DNA of 64,000 bases from a virus, in the IMG/VR virus record IMGVR_UViG_3300032050_000010. The stretch is one strand, 5' to 3'. Position 1 is the stretch's first letter, and every line of letters starts with the position of its first letter. The translations under genes and the position numbers were made by a program. The notes beneath the pieces are model-generated. The model worked only from the letters and a program-made list of their open reading frames with translations. It made no database searches and was not told the DNA's origin. Shown here piece by piece: positions 9,434 through 18,959 of the stretch.

Positions 9434-10235
9434 AGGACCTGAAGTCAAGATTGTATCTGAGTCGCTTGGCCGCGCGTTGCAAGGTCGGGCAATCGTCGGC
9501 ATCAACTATTTGGGCGGCCGCTACGCGAAGCACGGGCCTCCTGAGGGACACGCAGAAATTTCATCGGAGCTGCCCCAGAATGTGTCTGTCACATCTTGTA
9601 AGGGCAAGTTTATATACCTAACACTCCAAAATAATTGGGTAATCTGGAACACTCTGGGTATGACGGGTGGCTGGTCAAAGACGCAGCACAAACACAGCAG
9701 AGCGCAGTTTCTACTCGACGACGGGACATCTGTCTTCTTCAACGATCCACGCAACTTCGGCACGCTGAAGTACGTCCACGGGCTTGATGCACTTCAAGAG
9801 AAGTTGGATGAGCTTGGGCCCGACATGCTGGCAGAGGATGTTTCGGACGACTTGTTCATCAGACGGATGCGGAAGAAGAATAAGCGTGTGATCACAGAGA
9901 GCCTGATGGACCAGAAGGTGATCTGCGGTGTGGGCAACTACCTCAAATCTGAGAGCCTCTATTTCGCCGGGATCTCCCCTATGCGTCATGTCAACACCAT
10001 GACAGATGAAGAGCTGTCTCGGCTCAACCAGACGATTAAGGCAGTCATCCGTGCATCCTACCAGACAGGCGGCGCGACGATCTACACATTCCAGGGGTTC
10101 GACGGCGAGAAAGGACAATACAGTCGCCGCTTCGCTGTTTATAATCAAGACAAGGATCCTAAAGGGTGGGATGTGAAATCCTTCACCTCACCCGAGGGCC
10201 GCACAACATTCTGGGTTCCAGAGGAGCAAACATGA
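9426..10235 (+). CDS. Fpg/Nei DNA glycosylase/AP lyase, zincless finger type
   Basis: N-terminal PEGPEV, KGKF, LGMTG, DPRNFG, LMDQKVICGVGNYLKSE, GRTTFW; no Cys zinc finger. Confidence 0.92.
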   Translation: MPEGPEVKIVSESLGRALQGRAIVGINYLGGRYAKHGPPEGHAEISSELPQNVSVTSCKGKFIYLTLQNNWVIWNTLGMTGGWSKTQHKHSRAQFLLDDGTSVFFNDPRNFGTLKYVHGLDALQEKLDELGPDMLAEDVSDDLFIRRMRKKNKRVITESLMDQKVICGVGNYLKSESLYFAGISPMRHVNTMTDEELSRLNQTIKAVIRASYQTGGATIYTFQGFDGEKGQYSRRFAVYNQDKDPKGWDVKSFTSPEGRTTFWVPEEQT

Positions 10236-10459
10236 GTTACAGGCTATCAGATGAGACAATTGGGCAGATCGCTAAGCTTCTACAGGTCGCGATCATCACG
10301 GGCACTGACATCGTTGACAACCTTCGCACGATCCGCCTACGTGTAGGTGACGGTGAGCAGCTTGAGCCTACTGCAGATTACCTCGAGAACTTCGAGCGCA
10401 ATCTCAACAGGATGATCGAGTCACTCGCAGAGCAGACGAACACCAACCAGAGTGAGTGA
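10232..10459 (+). CDS. hypothetical protein
   Basis: GAGGAG RBS; ATGA overlap with the Nei stop (MSYRLSDETIG...). Confidence 0.7.
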   Translation: MSYRLSDETIGQIAKLLQVAIITGTDIVDNLRTIRLRVGDGEQLEPTADYLENFERNLNRMIESLAEQTNTNQSE

Positions 10460-10836
10460 CAATGGATAAGCTCGACCAGATGTTCCAGATGCGTAAGGAG
10501 TTCATGGCAGCGTTGTCTGCTCATGTCCCTAATGCATACCCACAGCAACCGATCGATCTCAGCAGCAAGCAGTCACAGCAGCACTTCAGAGATCTTGCTC
10601 TCCGCGGTGTTGAGGAGATCTTCGAGGCGCTCCAGCACTTGAAGAACACGAAGCCGCATCGTGTGACTGACATCACAGATCCAGTCGATGTTGAGGCGTT
10701 CAAGGAAGAGATGGTCGATGCTTTCAACTTCTTCTTCACGCTTCTAATCCTGATGGACGTCGATGCTGAAGATCTCTACGAGGTCTTCAAGAAGAAGGAT
10801 CAGATCATTCACGACCGCATCAAGAACAGGTACTAA
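10456..10836 (+). CDS. all-alpha NTP pyrophosphatase (MazG/dimeric dUTPase-like)
   Basis: EEIFEAL ... KEEMVDAFNF (EExxE / EExxD) pattern, end K...I..RI...Y. Confidence 0.75.
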   Translation: MTMDKLDQMFQMRKEFMAALSAHVPNAYPQQPIDLSSKQSQQHFRDLALRGVEEIFEALQHLKNTKPHRVTDITDPVDVEAFKEEMVDAFNFFFTLLILMDVDAEDLYEVFKKKDQIIHDRIKNRY

Positions 10837-11786
10837 TGGACATCAAGAAGATACTACAGCGTCAGAAGGAGTTCTCTAATCTCTTCTATGACTCGTCTAA
10901 CTTTGACGACGACAAGCGTGAGGAGATGACAAAGTCGTTCGCTCTGGCACTCCACGCTGAAGTGGCGGATCTCGTCAGCTCGATCAACTTCAAAGATCAC
11001 CACGCAAATCGACGGACACCGGATCGGGAGAAGATCCTGTACGAGTCGATTGACGTGATGAGGTACCTCCTGGCGATCATGAATGTGTGGGGGTATGAAG
11101 CTGATGAAGTTGAGACAGCTTTCAACGACAAGGACACCTTCCTGCACATGCGTCATCGAGTTGAAAACGCAAAGTGGGACGGTCGTCCTGTACTAATTGT
11201 CGATGTCGATGATGTCATCGCACACTTTAGGAAGGATTACTTTGAGTGGCTTCGAGACAGTCATGACATTGATATTCCTCTTGATTATCCTGAGTACTAT
11301 GCGTCCTCTCCCCTGAAGGAGCGCGGGATCAATCCAGAGGCGTCGTTCAAGGATTTCATCAGCGAGCGTCGTCTCCGTAAAATTGAGCCAATCGAAGGTG
11401 TCCGTGCAGTTCTAAAAGCAGCCCAAGAGCTAGGCTTCTGGGTGCAGTTGCTGACTGCTCGTCCTGACCAGAACTTGATCTGTCTCTACGACACCTACCA
11501 CTGGATCTCTGAGATGGGCGTACCATTTGATGGCCTCGCCTTCAGCGGCGAGAAGTACAGGTGGATCGTGCAGAGCCAGTTCTACGGACACGTTGCAGCA
11601 TGCATCGATGACTCACCAAAGCACGCTGCAGAGTACGCAAATCACGGTTTGCTTGTACTCTCACCTGCATTGTCTTATAATGCATCATTGGCTGGCACTT
11701 CTGGTGTCACTCGATACGAAGATCCTGATCAACTACTTCTACAACTAATTCAAATCAAAGAGGAAATCAATGCCACAAGACACTAA
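10836..11786 (+). CDS. MazG-like NTP pyrophosphatase fused to a HAD 5'(3')-nucleotidase
   Basis: N-terminal EVADL...YESIDVMRY; C-terminal IVDVDDVIA, LTAR, IDDSP, YN. Confidence 0.8.
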   Translation: MDIKKILQRQKEFSNLFYDSSNFDDDKREEMTKSFALALHAEVADLVSSINFKDHHANRRTPDREKILYESIDVMRYLLAIMNVWGYEADEVETAFNDKDTFLHMRHRVENAKWDGRPVLIVDVDDVIAHFRKDYFEWLRDSHDIDIPLDYPEYYASSPLKERGINPEASFKDFISERRLRKIEPIEGVRAVLKAAQELGFWVQLLTARPDQNLICLYDTYHWISEMGVPFDGLAFSGEKYRWIVQSQFYGHVAACIDDSPKHAAEYANHGLLVLSPALSYNASLAGTSGVTRYEDPDQLLLQLIQIKEEINATRH

Positions 11787-12720
11787 TCTCAAGCCCATCA
11801 CTCTTCCTATGGCGATCCGTTTCGGCGAGGAGCCAACTACCGAGTTCGTCAACAGCCTTGATGCACTTAAGCTCGAGCTTGTTGATGCACCAGATCCCAA
11901 GTCGATCCGCCAGGCTGTCTACTGCTTCGTTAAGTCGACCTGGGCAGACCAGCACGTTCCTTACAAGGACGCAACTGAGGCTGAGCTTAGCAAGACACTT
12001 GAGGACGTCTTCGCAGGTCGTGCGCTCCCAGCAGCGATGGAGCTGATCGGTCTCACCTTCCTCGTGGGTGGCATCGACACGCAGACTGTAACGCATCTCA
12101 TCCGTCACCGTGCAGGTTCCTTCGCAGCGCAGTGCACCGGTGACCGTTGGCTTTCACACGAGCGCAGCCTTGTTCCTGGTTCCATCCAGAACAGCCCGGA
12201 GTTCTACGCTCGCTGGCAGGCACACGTCCAGGAGGCAAAGCAGCTCTACACGGACATGGTCGACTCCAAGCAGATCAGTCTGATGGATGCTCGTCACGTC
12301 CTTCCTAAGTGCCTCGAGACGTTCTACTACATGCGTATGAACATCCGCGACGCATTTGGTTTCATCAAGCAACGCCAGGACAAGCAGATCCAGCCTGAGG
12401 AGGACAACATGCTTGCAGCGCTCATGGCACGCGAGATCCTTCGCGTCTTCCCTGAGGCACACGTGGCAATCAACCTCCGTGAGCCTGCCTGGCACTACAT
12501 CAAGACGTTCCGGAATGGCACTGGTACGAACCTCTACTGGCCCGATGAGGACAGCGAGAAGCACCTCACCTACCACCCAGACGACACGATCTATCAGGCA
12601 ACACGTGACGACATGAACGGCACAGGTGGTGGTGTCCCTCACTTCCGGAAGCTCTGGAACGAGACACTTGCTGAGATTGACACGATCGTCACCAACTACA
12701 AGAACACACGGGGCATTTAA
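11770..12720 (+). CDS. divergent ThyX-fold flavoprotein
   Basis: THLIRHRAGSFAAQCTGDR, DARHVLP, N..D..GFIKQR; motif Ser replaced by Cys; C-terminal extension. Confidence 0.75.
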   Translation: MPQDTNLKPITLPMAIRFGEEPTTEFVNSLDALKLELVDAPDPKSIRQAVYCFVKSTWADQHVPYKDATEAELSKTLEDVFAGRALPAAMELIGLTFLVGGIDTQTVTHLIRHRAGSFAAQCTGDRWLSHERSLVPGSIQNSPEFYARWQAHVQEAKQLYTDMVDSKQISLMDARHVLPKCLETFYYMRMNIRDAFGFIKQRQDKQIQPEEDNMLAALMAREILRVFPEAHVAINLREPAWHYIKTFRNGTGTNLYWPDEDSEKHLTYHPDDTIYQATRDDMNGTGGGVPHFRKLWNETLAEIDTIVTNYKNTRGI

Positions 12721-12763
12721 TACTTAGTTGGGCACTTTATATTAAAGAGAAGAGCCCAACTGA

Positions 12764-13849
12764 ATGTCTGCAGTTAGAGTAGTAGATGAACACCTCCTGT
12801 CTCCGGTACTTGTGTATTCGGGGTCAGGAGGTGTTTTTGAGAACGAGCTTCAGCTTGATACCCAGGGTGGTATCTTAAGAGAGCAGATCGGCAGCCTGCT
12901 CGTCGTCAAGAACGACTTCGGCGTGGTTGCTGCCTTGACAGGATCGGTCTTTTCCGGTCCTGTCTCTTTTTTGTCTGGTGCAACAGGGTCGATACAAGCG
13001 CTACCCGATGGATCGCCCTTCATCAGGGGTACAAGCGGGATCAATGTCACGTCTGGGTCAGACGGTAGCATCACGATCTCAACGTCCGGATCCTTTCTAA
13101 CACTTGACACGCTGACATCAGCGTCATCTGTTACGTTCAGGGGTGACGTGTACATTGAGGGAACTCTTTACGGCGGGTCACCGCTTGATGTCGCAAGTGA
13201 TATAAATGCGCTAGGAGCTGTGACATCACTAGGTGGATTGACTGGGTCGCTAACACAGTTAGCAGACGGTTCACCCTACCTCGTCGCAGGCGCAGGCATC
13301 TCGATCGTCACTGGGTCGCAGGGTCAAGTTACAATCTCTGCAACGGGCACAGGAGGAAGTGACAGATCACAGAGCACTTCCCTAATCACAGAGCTTGTCC
13401 TCAATGAAGCTCCTGTCGGTGCAATCGACGGAACAAATGCAACTTTCACGCTAGCTCACGCACCAACTTCTGCGTCATCTGTCATGCTGTGGCTGAACGG
13501 CCAGTTGCTCATGCAGGGTGCAGGTAATGACTTCACTGTCACATCGCAGACGCTGACAATGAGCTTCCCGCCTCAATTGGGTGACATCCTGCTGACGATG
13601 TACACAAAGTCATCACAGGCGAAGCTCTTCGCGATGAACGAAGCTGCTACAAAGGTGGTCACTGCGGGCGTCATCGGGTTTGAGCTGGCTAACGCTCCGT
13701 CACCGTCAACCTCCCTAATGCTCTTCTTGAACGGTCAATTGCTCACGCAGGGCAGTGACTACACACTGTCGACAAGAAGTGTGACAGTCACAAACGGCTT
13801 CATTCAAGACAGCGACGTGGTTCTTGCGACCTACTCTTATTTGAGCTGA
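12764..13849 (+). CDS. virion structural protein (fibre/baseplate-like)
   Basis: G/S/T-rich; duplicated GS..L.DGSP and LNGQLL.QG..D(F/Y)T modules; late-type promoter. Confidence 0.65.
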   Translation: MSAVRVVDEHLLSPVLVYSGSGGVFENELQLDTQGGILREQIGSLLVVKNDFGVVAALTGSVFSGPVSFLSGATGSIQALPDGSPFIRGTSGINVTSGSDGSITISTSGSFLTLDTLTSASSVTFRGDVYIEGTLYGGSPLDVASDINALGAVTSLGGLTGSLTQLADGSPYLVAGAGISIVTGSQGQVTISATGTGGSDRSQSTSLITELVLNEAPVGAIDGTNATFTLAHAPTSASSVMLWLNGQLLMQGAGNDFTVTSQTLTMSFPPQLGDILLTMYTKSSQAKLFAMNEAATKVVTAGVIGFELANAPSPSTSLMLFLNGQLLTQGSDYTLSTRSVTVTNGFIQDSDVVLATYSYLS

Positions 13850-13906
13850 ATACTTGACAAGAGCTAAGCTTCGTGATATTTAGCTTTGTAGTTTACGAGG
13901 CAGGAA

Positions 13907-14125
13907 GTGACGTACACAACATCAGAGCTGGCACTAGCTGCGTATCTAAAGATGCGTGGCGTGAGGTTGATCAGCGCAGGCAAGGCACCCACAGGGAAAT
14001 TTGAGTTCGTGTTCGACGATAAGACAGGGGTATGCTCAGGGCACTTCGTTGACTTCCTCAACGGTGAGTTCAGCACATACGATTCGAACCTCAAGTCGTT
14101 GAAGAAAATGATCTACTCAAAGTGA
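13907..14125 (+). CDS. small protein, DUF5659-like
   Basis: TSELALAAYLKMRG pattern; GTG start with GAGG/AGGA RBS. Confidence 0.55.
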   Translation: MTYTTSELALAAYLKMRGVRLISAGKAPTGKFEFVFDDKTGVCSGHFVDFLNGEFSTYDSNLKSLKKMIYSK

Positions 14126-14171
14126 TTTTTTATTGAATGTTTTAGAATGTCAAGCATATATAGAGACAGGC

Positions 14172-14276
14172 GCGTAACGCAGTTTTTGGTGATCAGAATA
14201 ATCACCAGTTCAGTTTAAACAGTTAGCTGTTAGAGTTTGATCCCGTAAGTGGTGTTCACGTGCGGGATTTTTTCTT
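14172..14276 (+). promoter_or_regulatory. structured leader or possible small RNA ending in a terminator-like hairpin
   Basis: four consecutive hairpins downstream of ATATATA (14156-14162); the last, ATCCCG..CGGGAT, is followed by a U-tract. Confidence 0.45.
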
Positions 14277-14297
14277 GAAGATAAAGGATAAAACATC

Positions 14298-15959
14298 ATG
14301 GCAATCAAGACATACAGCGGCGCCGCAGGCGTCGAAGCCGGTCGTCCATCAACAAAGATCCGCGCTGAGCAGGTCCATTCAGAAGACAGCTTTACCTCAC
14401 TCGCCGTCGACCTCGAGGCACTCCGTGGCCAGGTCAAGGACATCATCGGCGCAGCTGACTACAAGGAAGAGATCACAGGCGAGTACGCCAAGGTCCAGAT
14501 CGTGGACCTCGCCGCTCACCTCGATGCATCAGGCGCATCCTCACTCAGCGTGAAGCAGGCCGCAAACGTTGTCGGTGCTTTCTCAGTCAACACTGACAAG
14601 TTCAGCGTTGCTGCAGCAACAGGTAACACTCTTGTCGCAGGCACTCTCGGCGTCACCGGCAAGGCTGACTTCGCAGGCATCGTCGACGTCGCAACCACAC
14701 TCTCAGCATCTGAGATCAAGATCGACGGTGACGTGGCACAGCGTCTTTACCTCGTCGGCGCTAGCGGCCAGATCGAGGACGAAGCCAAGCTCGTCTTCGA
14801 CGGATCAGAGCTCGCAGTAACTGGTGACTTTGCAGCAGTCAGCGGCTCCTTCAGCGGCGACGTCGCAATGGGCGACCTCGGTGCAGTGAACGGTGCCTTC
14901 TCTGGCAACCTCACTGTCACGGGCGACCTCACCATCAACGGCACAACGACCACAATCAACTCGACAGTCGTGTCGATCGATGACAAGTCATTCGTGCTCG
15001 CACAGGGCGCAGCCGGTGTTGCTCTCGATGGCGCAGGTATCTACGTCTCTAGCGACTCTGCACCCGATGCAGCAATTGCATGGAGCAACACCAACAGCAA
15101 GTGGACAGCATCCACTAAGCTTGCTTCACCCGCAATGCAGGTCACAGGCCTCAGCTCAGCACCCCTTGCCGTTGACGGCTCTGGCAATCTCGCCGAGATG
15201 GATTTCAGCTCCTGGCTCCTGGGCACAGCTAACCAGGTGTCTGTTACTCCGAGCGGAACAGACAACCACGGTGTGACACTCAGCCTCCCCCAGAGCATCC
15301 ACACCGATGCAGACGTCGAGTTCGATAGCCTCAAGCTCGGCGACAACGTTGCTGACGCAGGCAAGGCTCTCAAGATCGGCGCCGCAGGAGAGGTGATCGC
15401 TGCAGCTTGGAACGAGTTCGTTGCAATCGAGTCCAACGTCGGTCTCGAGCTCGTCCAGAACGGCTTCAAGGCAGAGATCGGTCTTGCTCAGGACATCCGC
15501 TCTTCCGCAACGATTCGGTTCGCTCGCGTTGAGCTCGACGGCGCCGACAACTACGTCGACTCCAGCGCAGACGGCCTCGTCCTCCGCGCCACCGCCGCAG
15601 GCGACTCCATCGTCTTCGAGTACGACGCAGGCAAGACCATCTCGCTCGGCACAGCCGCTCTCTCCGGCTTCACAGCCACAGACATCATGGGCGCTCTCAA
15701 CGAGCTCAAGGCAGCAGCCTCAGCAGCTTCTAAGAAGGCCGTCTACACTGTCGCAGGCTCAGCCGTTGCATCAGGCACAGACATCAAGGCATCACTCAGC
15801 ACCGACTTCCTCGCCGAGCTCACCGGACAGAACTCACTCGTGTTCGTCAACGGTATGCTCATGCTGGCTGGCGGCGCTGACTACACGCTCGCCGGTGGCG
15901 CGCTCTCGTTTACCTTCGCCCTCCAGGTTGGTGACGTGGTCGTCGTCCAGAAGGCCTGA
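14298..15959 (+). CDS. virion fibre-like structural protein
   Basis: Ala/Gly/Ser-rich beta repeats, GNLTVTGDLTINGTTTTINST, C-terminal VFVNG...DYT module; strong codon bias. Confidence 0.7.
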   Translation: MAIKTYSGAAGVEAGRPSTKIRAEQVHSEDSFTSLAVDLEALRGQVKDIIGAADYKEEITGEYAKVQIVDLAAHLDASGASSLSVKQAANVVGAFSVNTDKFSVAAATGNTLVAGTLGVTGKADFAGIVDVATTLSASEIKIDGDVAQRLYLVGASGQIEDEAKLVFDGSELAVTGDFAAVSGSFSGDVAMGDLGAVNGAFSGNLTVTGDLTINGTTTTINSTVVSIDDKSFVLAQGAAGVALDGAGIYVSSDSAPDAAIAWSNTNSKWTASTKLASPAMQVTGLSSAPLAVDGSGNLAEMDFSSWLLGTANQVSVTPSGTDNHGVTLSLPQSIHTDADVEFDSLKLGDNVADAGKALKIGAAGEVIAAAWNEFVAIESNVGLELVQNGFKAEIGLAQDIRSSATIRFARVELDGADNYVDSSADGLVLRATAAGDSIVFEYDAGKTISLGTAALSGFTATDIMGALNELKAAASAASKKAVYTVAGSAVASGTDIKASLSTDFLAELTGQNSLVFVNGMLMLAGGADYTLAGGALSFTFALQVGDVVVVQKA

Positions 15960-15997
15960 TAGAGCAAACGCTTCGGCAGATCTAATCTGCTAAAGCT

Positions 15998-16027
15998 GGG
16001 GCGGGATCTCTTGATCCCGCCCCTTTT
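15998..16027 (+). terminator. intrinsic terminator
   Basis: GGGGCGGGATC-TCTT-GATCCCGCCCC-TTTT. Confidence 0.88.
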
Positions 16028-16087
16028 GCATTATTACTGCATGGCACCGCTATTTAACTCAATCTTGCACAAGAATATACTTCAACT

Positions 16088-16576
16088 ATGTCTGATGAGA
16101 TAATCAAGAATATCTTTAGAACTGCTTCTGCAGATGTTCAAAATCGAATTGTTAGTTTAGGAAATGATGCAAAAGAGAAGTTGGCTGGGCTTGTTGCACG
16201 TGATAAGCACTACGGCGAATTTACTCAATTTCTTAGAACGTCACTGGCAGACATCATAGCAAGAGGACGCCAGCAAGAGACAGTCAGCAGGGAGTTCTAT
16301 GAAAAAGAGATGTCTGATCTCATGTTGAAGGTCAACAAGATCATTACTGAGATCAAGGAAGAGGCACTGAAGCAGCAGGGCGCTTCATATGCATATGAGA
16401 TCGCTGCTGACCAGTTTCAAAGCTTACCTGCCACACTTGACGTCGAGCTCTCCAAAGCAAGAGATCTGCAGACACGCGCCGCTGCAGGTGAGCTAGGAAA
16501 GCGTAGAAAGCCCGGTGAAAGGCCCGACAAGCTGAAGGACATCCGCAACTACGTCGAGAAGCCCGAGGATAAGTAA
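16088..16576 (+). CDS. hypothetical helical protein
   Basis: 162 aa ORF; TTTAAC-17-TATACT promoter ends 7 nt before the ATG. Confidence 0.65.
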   Translation: MSDEIIKNIFRTASADVQNRIVSLGNDAKEKLAGLVARDKHYGEFTQFLRTSLADIIARGRQQETVSREFYEKEMSDLMLKVNKIITEIKEEALKQQGASYAYEIAADQFQSLPATLDVELSKARDLQTRAAAGELGKRRKPGERPDKLKDIRNYVEKPEDK

Positions 16577-16581
16577 GCTGC

Positions 16582-17067
16582 ATGCCCCTCACAGTCGTCA
16601 AGTCAGCAAACTTTGGTAAGACACGCGGCGGATTAGCAACTGTCGGTTACACTCTGTACAACGCAGCAGGCGCGGAAGTTGCAGCTCGCAGCACGGTGGG
16701 TGTCCACGAGGTGGGAACGGGCACAGGGATCTACGCCGCGTCAGTCACATTTCCAGACAGTTTTGCAGGTTCCGTGCTCTGGGACACAGGCCAGGGTGGA
16801 GACACAGTTTACGCATCTGAGGATCAGAACTTTGCTGACTCAGCTGCCTCCTTGACCACCGACCTCACGTCGATCAAAACATCGATCGATGCAGATCTCA
16901 CGTTCGTCAAGGATATGATCGGCGGGCGCTGGAAGATCGATCACGAGAACTTTCAGATGATCTTCTACAAGCACGACAACTCGACTGAGGTCGCGCGGTT
17001 TGACCTCCGCGACAAGAACGACGATCCTAGCTACTTGTCCGTGTTCCATCGTAATAGAGTGACTTGA
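16582..17067 (+). CDS. hypothetical protein, possibly structural
   Basis: 161 aa ORF with a beta-rich N-terminus. Confidence 0.6.
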   Translation: MPLTVVKSANFGKTRGGLATVGYTLYNAAGAEVAARSTVGVHEVGTGTGIYAASVTFPDSFAGSVLWDTGQGGDTVYASEDQNFADSAASLTTDLTSIKTSIDADLTFVKDMIGGRWKIDHENFQMIFYKHDNSTEVARFDLRDKNDDPSYLSVFHRNRVT

Positions 17068-17068
17068 T

Positions 17069-17446
17069 ATGTCACAGATGGTTCCGCTTGGTAACCCACT
17101 CATCGTGACAATGGGCATGGGTCAAGAAGGCCTGCTGGAGCCTGCGATGGCTGCGGCTGGAACTATTGAGTACTTTATCATCGTCGATGCTGTCAAGAAG
17201 GCACTGCGTGGTGATGGTGCTGAACCTCTTCTCGATGACGACATCAACGTCTACAAGATCATCGCACTGCTTACAGAAGTCAATCGTCAGCCGCTTGCTA
17301 ATCCCTTGTATAACAAGATGACACGCTTGATCATCGAGAAGAAGGTGCAGATCGACGCCGAGCTTGTCGAGCAGAAAGCACGAAAGAGCGAACCGTACAG
17401 GATAGTTATAGGGGAGCACCGCATCATAAGAGAGACAGATGAGTGA
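17069..17446 (+). CDS. hypothetical protein
   Basis: 125 aa ORF in operon packing. Confidence 0.6.
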   Translation: MSQMVPLGNPLIVTMGMGQEGLLEPAMAAAGTIEYFIIVDAVKKALRGDGAEPLLDDDINVYKIIALLTEVNRQPLANPLYNKMTRLIIEKKVQIDAELVEQKARKSEPYRIVIGEHRIIRETDE

Positions 17447-17963
17447 TATAGCACTTTACCTCGACCAGGACAATGAACTCCGCTTTAACGTGGCGATAGA
17501 GGGATCAAAGCCCGGCGCGCCCAAGTACCGCCTTGTTTTTGAGGGTAAGAACTTTTCTTACACCTTCAGTGGCCAGCAGACGGCGCCTGGCGAGGTGTCC
17601 TTCACGATCCCGACCATGAAGAACCTCATCAAGGAGGGCGCTTACCACGCTGACCTCGAGGTAATGATCGATGACCGCTACTTTACACCCTTGTCGTTCG
17701 ACGCGACGTTTGAGGAATCAGTTAAAGTTAGAGCTGAGGCAGTGACCCGAACCGTGCAGAAGAAGCCGGCCGTCACAGCTTCTATCGTCACAGCACGTGC
17801 TCCTGAGACAGCACGCCCCGTGCTTGAGTCAGCAACCCGCCCCGCCGCACCACGCCCACAGCAGAAGGTCGCAGCTCGGGAGGATGACTTCATCGCCGAG
17901 GTTGATGGTCGCAAGATCACGGCTGATGACCTTCGTAGCTTGCTTAGATCCACCAGGAGGTAA
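17439..17963 (+). CDS. hypothetical protein
   Basis: 174 aa; beta-rich N-terminus, C-terminal ITADDLRSLLR. Confidence 0.65.
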   Translation: MSDIALYLDQDNELRFNVAIEGSKPGAPKYRLVFEGKNFSYTFSGQQTAPGEVSFTIPTMKNLIKEGAYHADLEVMIDDRYFTPLSFDATFEESVKVRAEAVTRTVQKKPAVTASIVTARAPETARPVLESATRPAAPRPQQKVAAREDDFIAEVDGRKITADDLRSLLRSTRR

Positions 17964-17965
17964 AG

Positions 17966-18211
17966 ATGTTATCAGCATTATTCGCAGTCGTCGGTAGTTA
18001 CGTTGCCGTCGCCGGTGTGCTCGTCGCCAAGCGTGCATTGAAGATCACTGATCTGCACGAAGAGTACACGTTCATCCGCTCACGTGAGCAGAAGTCACAC
18101 ATCAGAGCCTATGCGATTGTATTGAAGGGCGGCTTCAAGAGCGATCTGCTCTGGATCAAACACCTTCCTAGCAAGGTCAAGACAGCACTCGCCTGGTTGA
18201 AGCCAGAGTAG
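17966..18211 (+). CDS. small membrane-anchored protein
   Basis: AGGAGG RBS; hydrophobic N-terminal helix. Confidence 0.6.
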   Translation: MLSALFAVVGSYVAVAGVLVAKRALKITDLHEEYTFIRSREQKSHIRAYAIVLKGGFKSDLLWIKHLPSKVKTALAWLKPE

Positions 18212-18215
18212 TTCC

Positions 18216-18917
18216 ATGAGCCGCGAGCTTCAGCGCGCGACGCTCTTCTTTAAGTACATTAGAGAAGAGCACGCTCACCACATCGAGATGCTTGAGCGCG
18301 GAAAGCAGCAGCTACTTGAAGCCCTGAAGTACGTGAAGGTTGATCCAAATGCTCAGCCTCGCCAGCAAAATCAGCAACAGAGCACACCACCCCAGCAGCA
18401 GCCTGCTGAGCCAGAGAAACCTCCTGTGCCCGACGATGTTGCTGCAGACGTCAAGAAGCTCTACAAGAAGATCGTCCAGGAGACACATCCCGACAAGTTG
18501 GCACAGTCAGATCACGGTCAAAAAGAGCGCGAGAAGCGCGTCAAGCTGTACATGGACGCCGTCAAGGCATTTCAAGCATCAGACAGGGACAACCTTGTGG
18601 AGATCGCGCTTGACCTCGAACTTGACACAGGCCTCGAGGTTGAGAAGATCGTTGCATCCCTTCTGACACGCAGCAAGGCACTCGAGCTCCAGATCCAACA
18701 GGTCAAGGGTTCAGTCGAGTGGCTGTGGATGCACTCTGACGAAGCAAAACGCGTCGAGGTGATCAAGGAACTGTGCAGGCGAAATGGCTGGCTCTACGTC
18801 ACAGATGAGCAGATCGTTGAGAGTGTCAGATACGCGTCCGGGATGCATCCAGGCACTAGAGAAGATGTCCGAGCAAGAGCACGCAAGATGATGCAGGAAC
18901 GGCGCAGGATTACTTGA
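18216..18917 (+). CDS. J-domain (DnaJ-like) protein
   Basis: VKKLYKKIVQETHPDKL helix II plus HPD motif. Confidence 0.75.
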   Translation: MSRELQRATLFFKYIREEHAHHIEMLERGKQQLLEALKYVKVDPNAQPRQQNQQQSTPPQQQPAEPEKPPVPDDVAADVKKLYKKIVQETHPDKLAQSDHGQKEREKRVKLYMDAVKAFQASDRDNLVEIALDLELDTGLEVEKIVASLLTRSKALELQIQQVKGSVEWLWMHSDEAKRVEVIKELCRRNGWLYVTDEQIVESVRYASGMHPGTREDVRARARKMMQERRRIT

Positions 18918-18959
18918 ACACCGCACCGGGCGCATGTAGTATTGCTTAGAGGCAATAAC

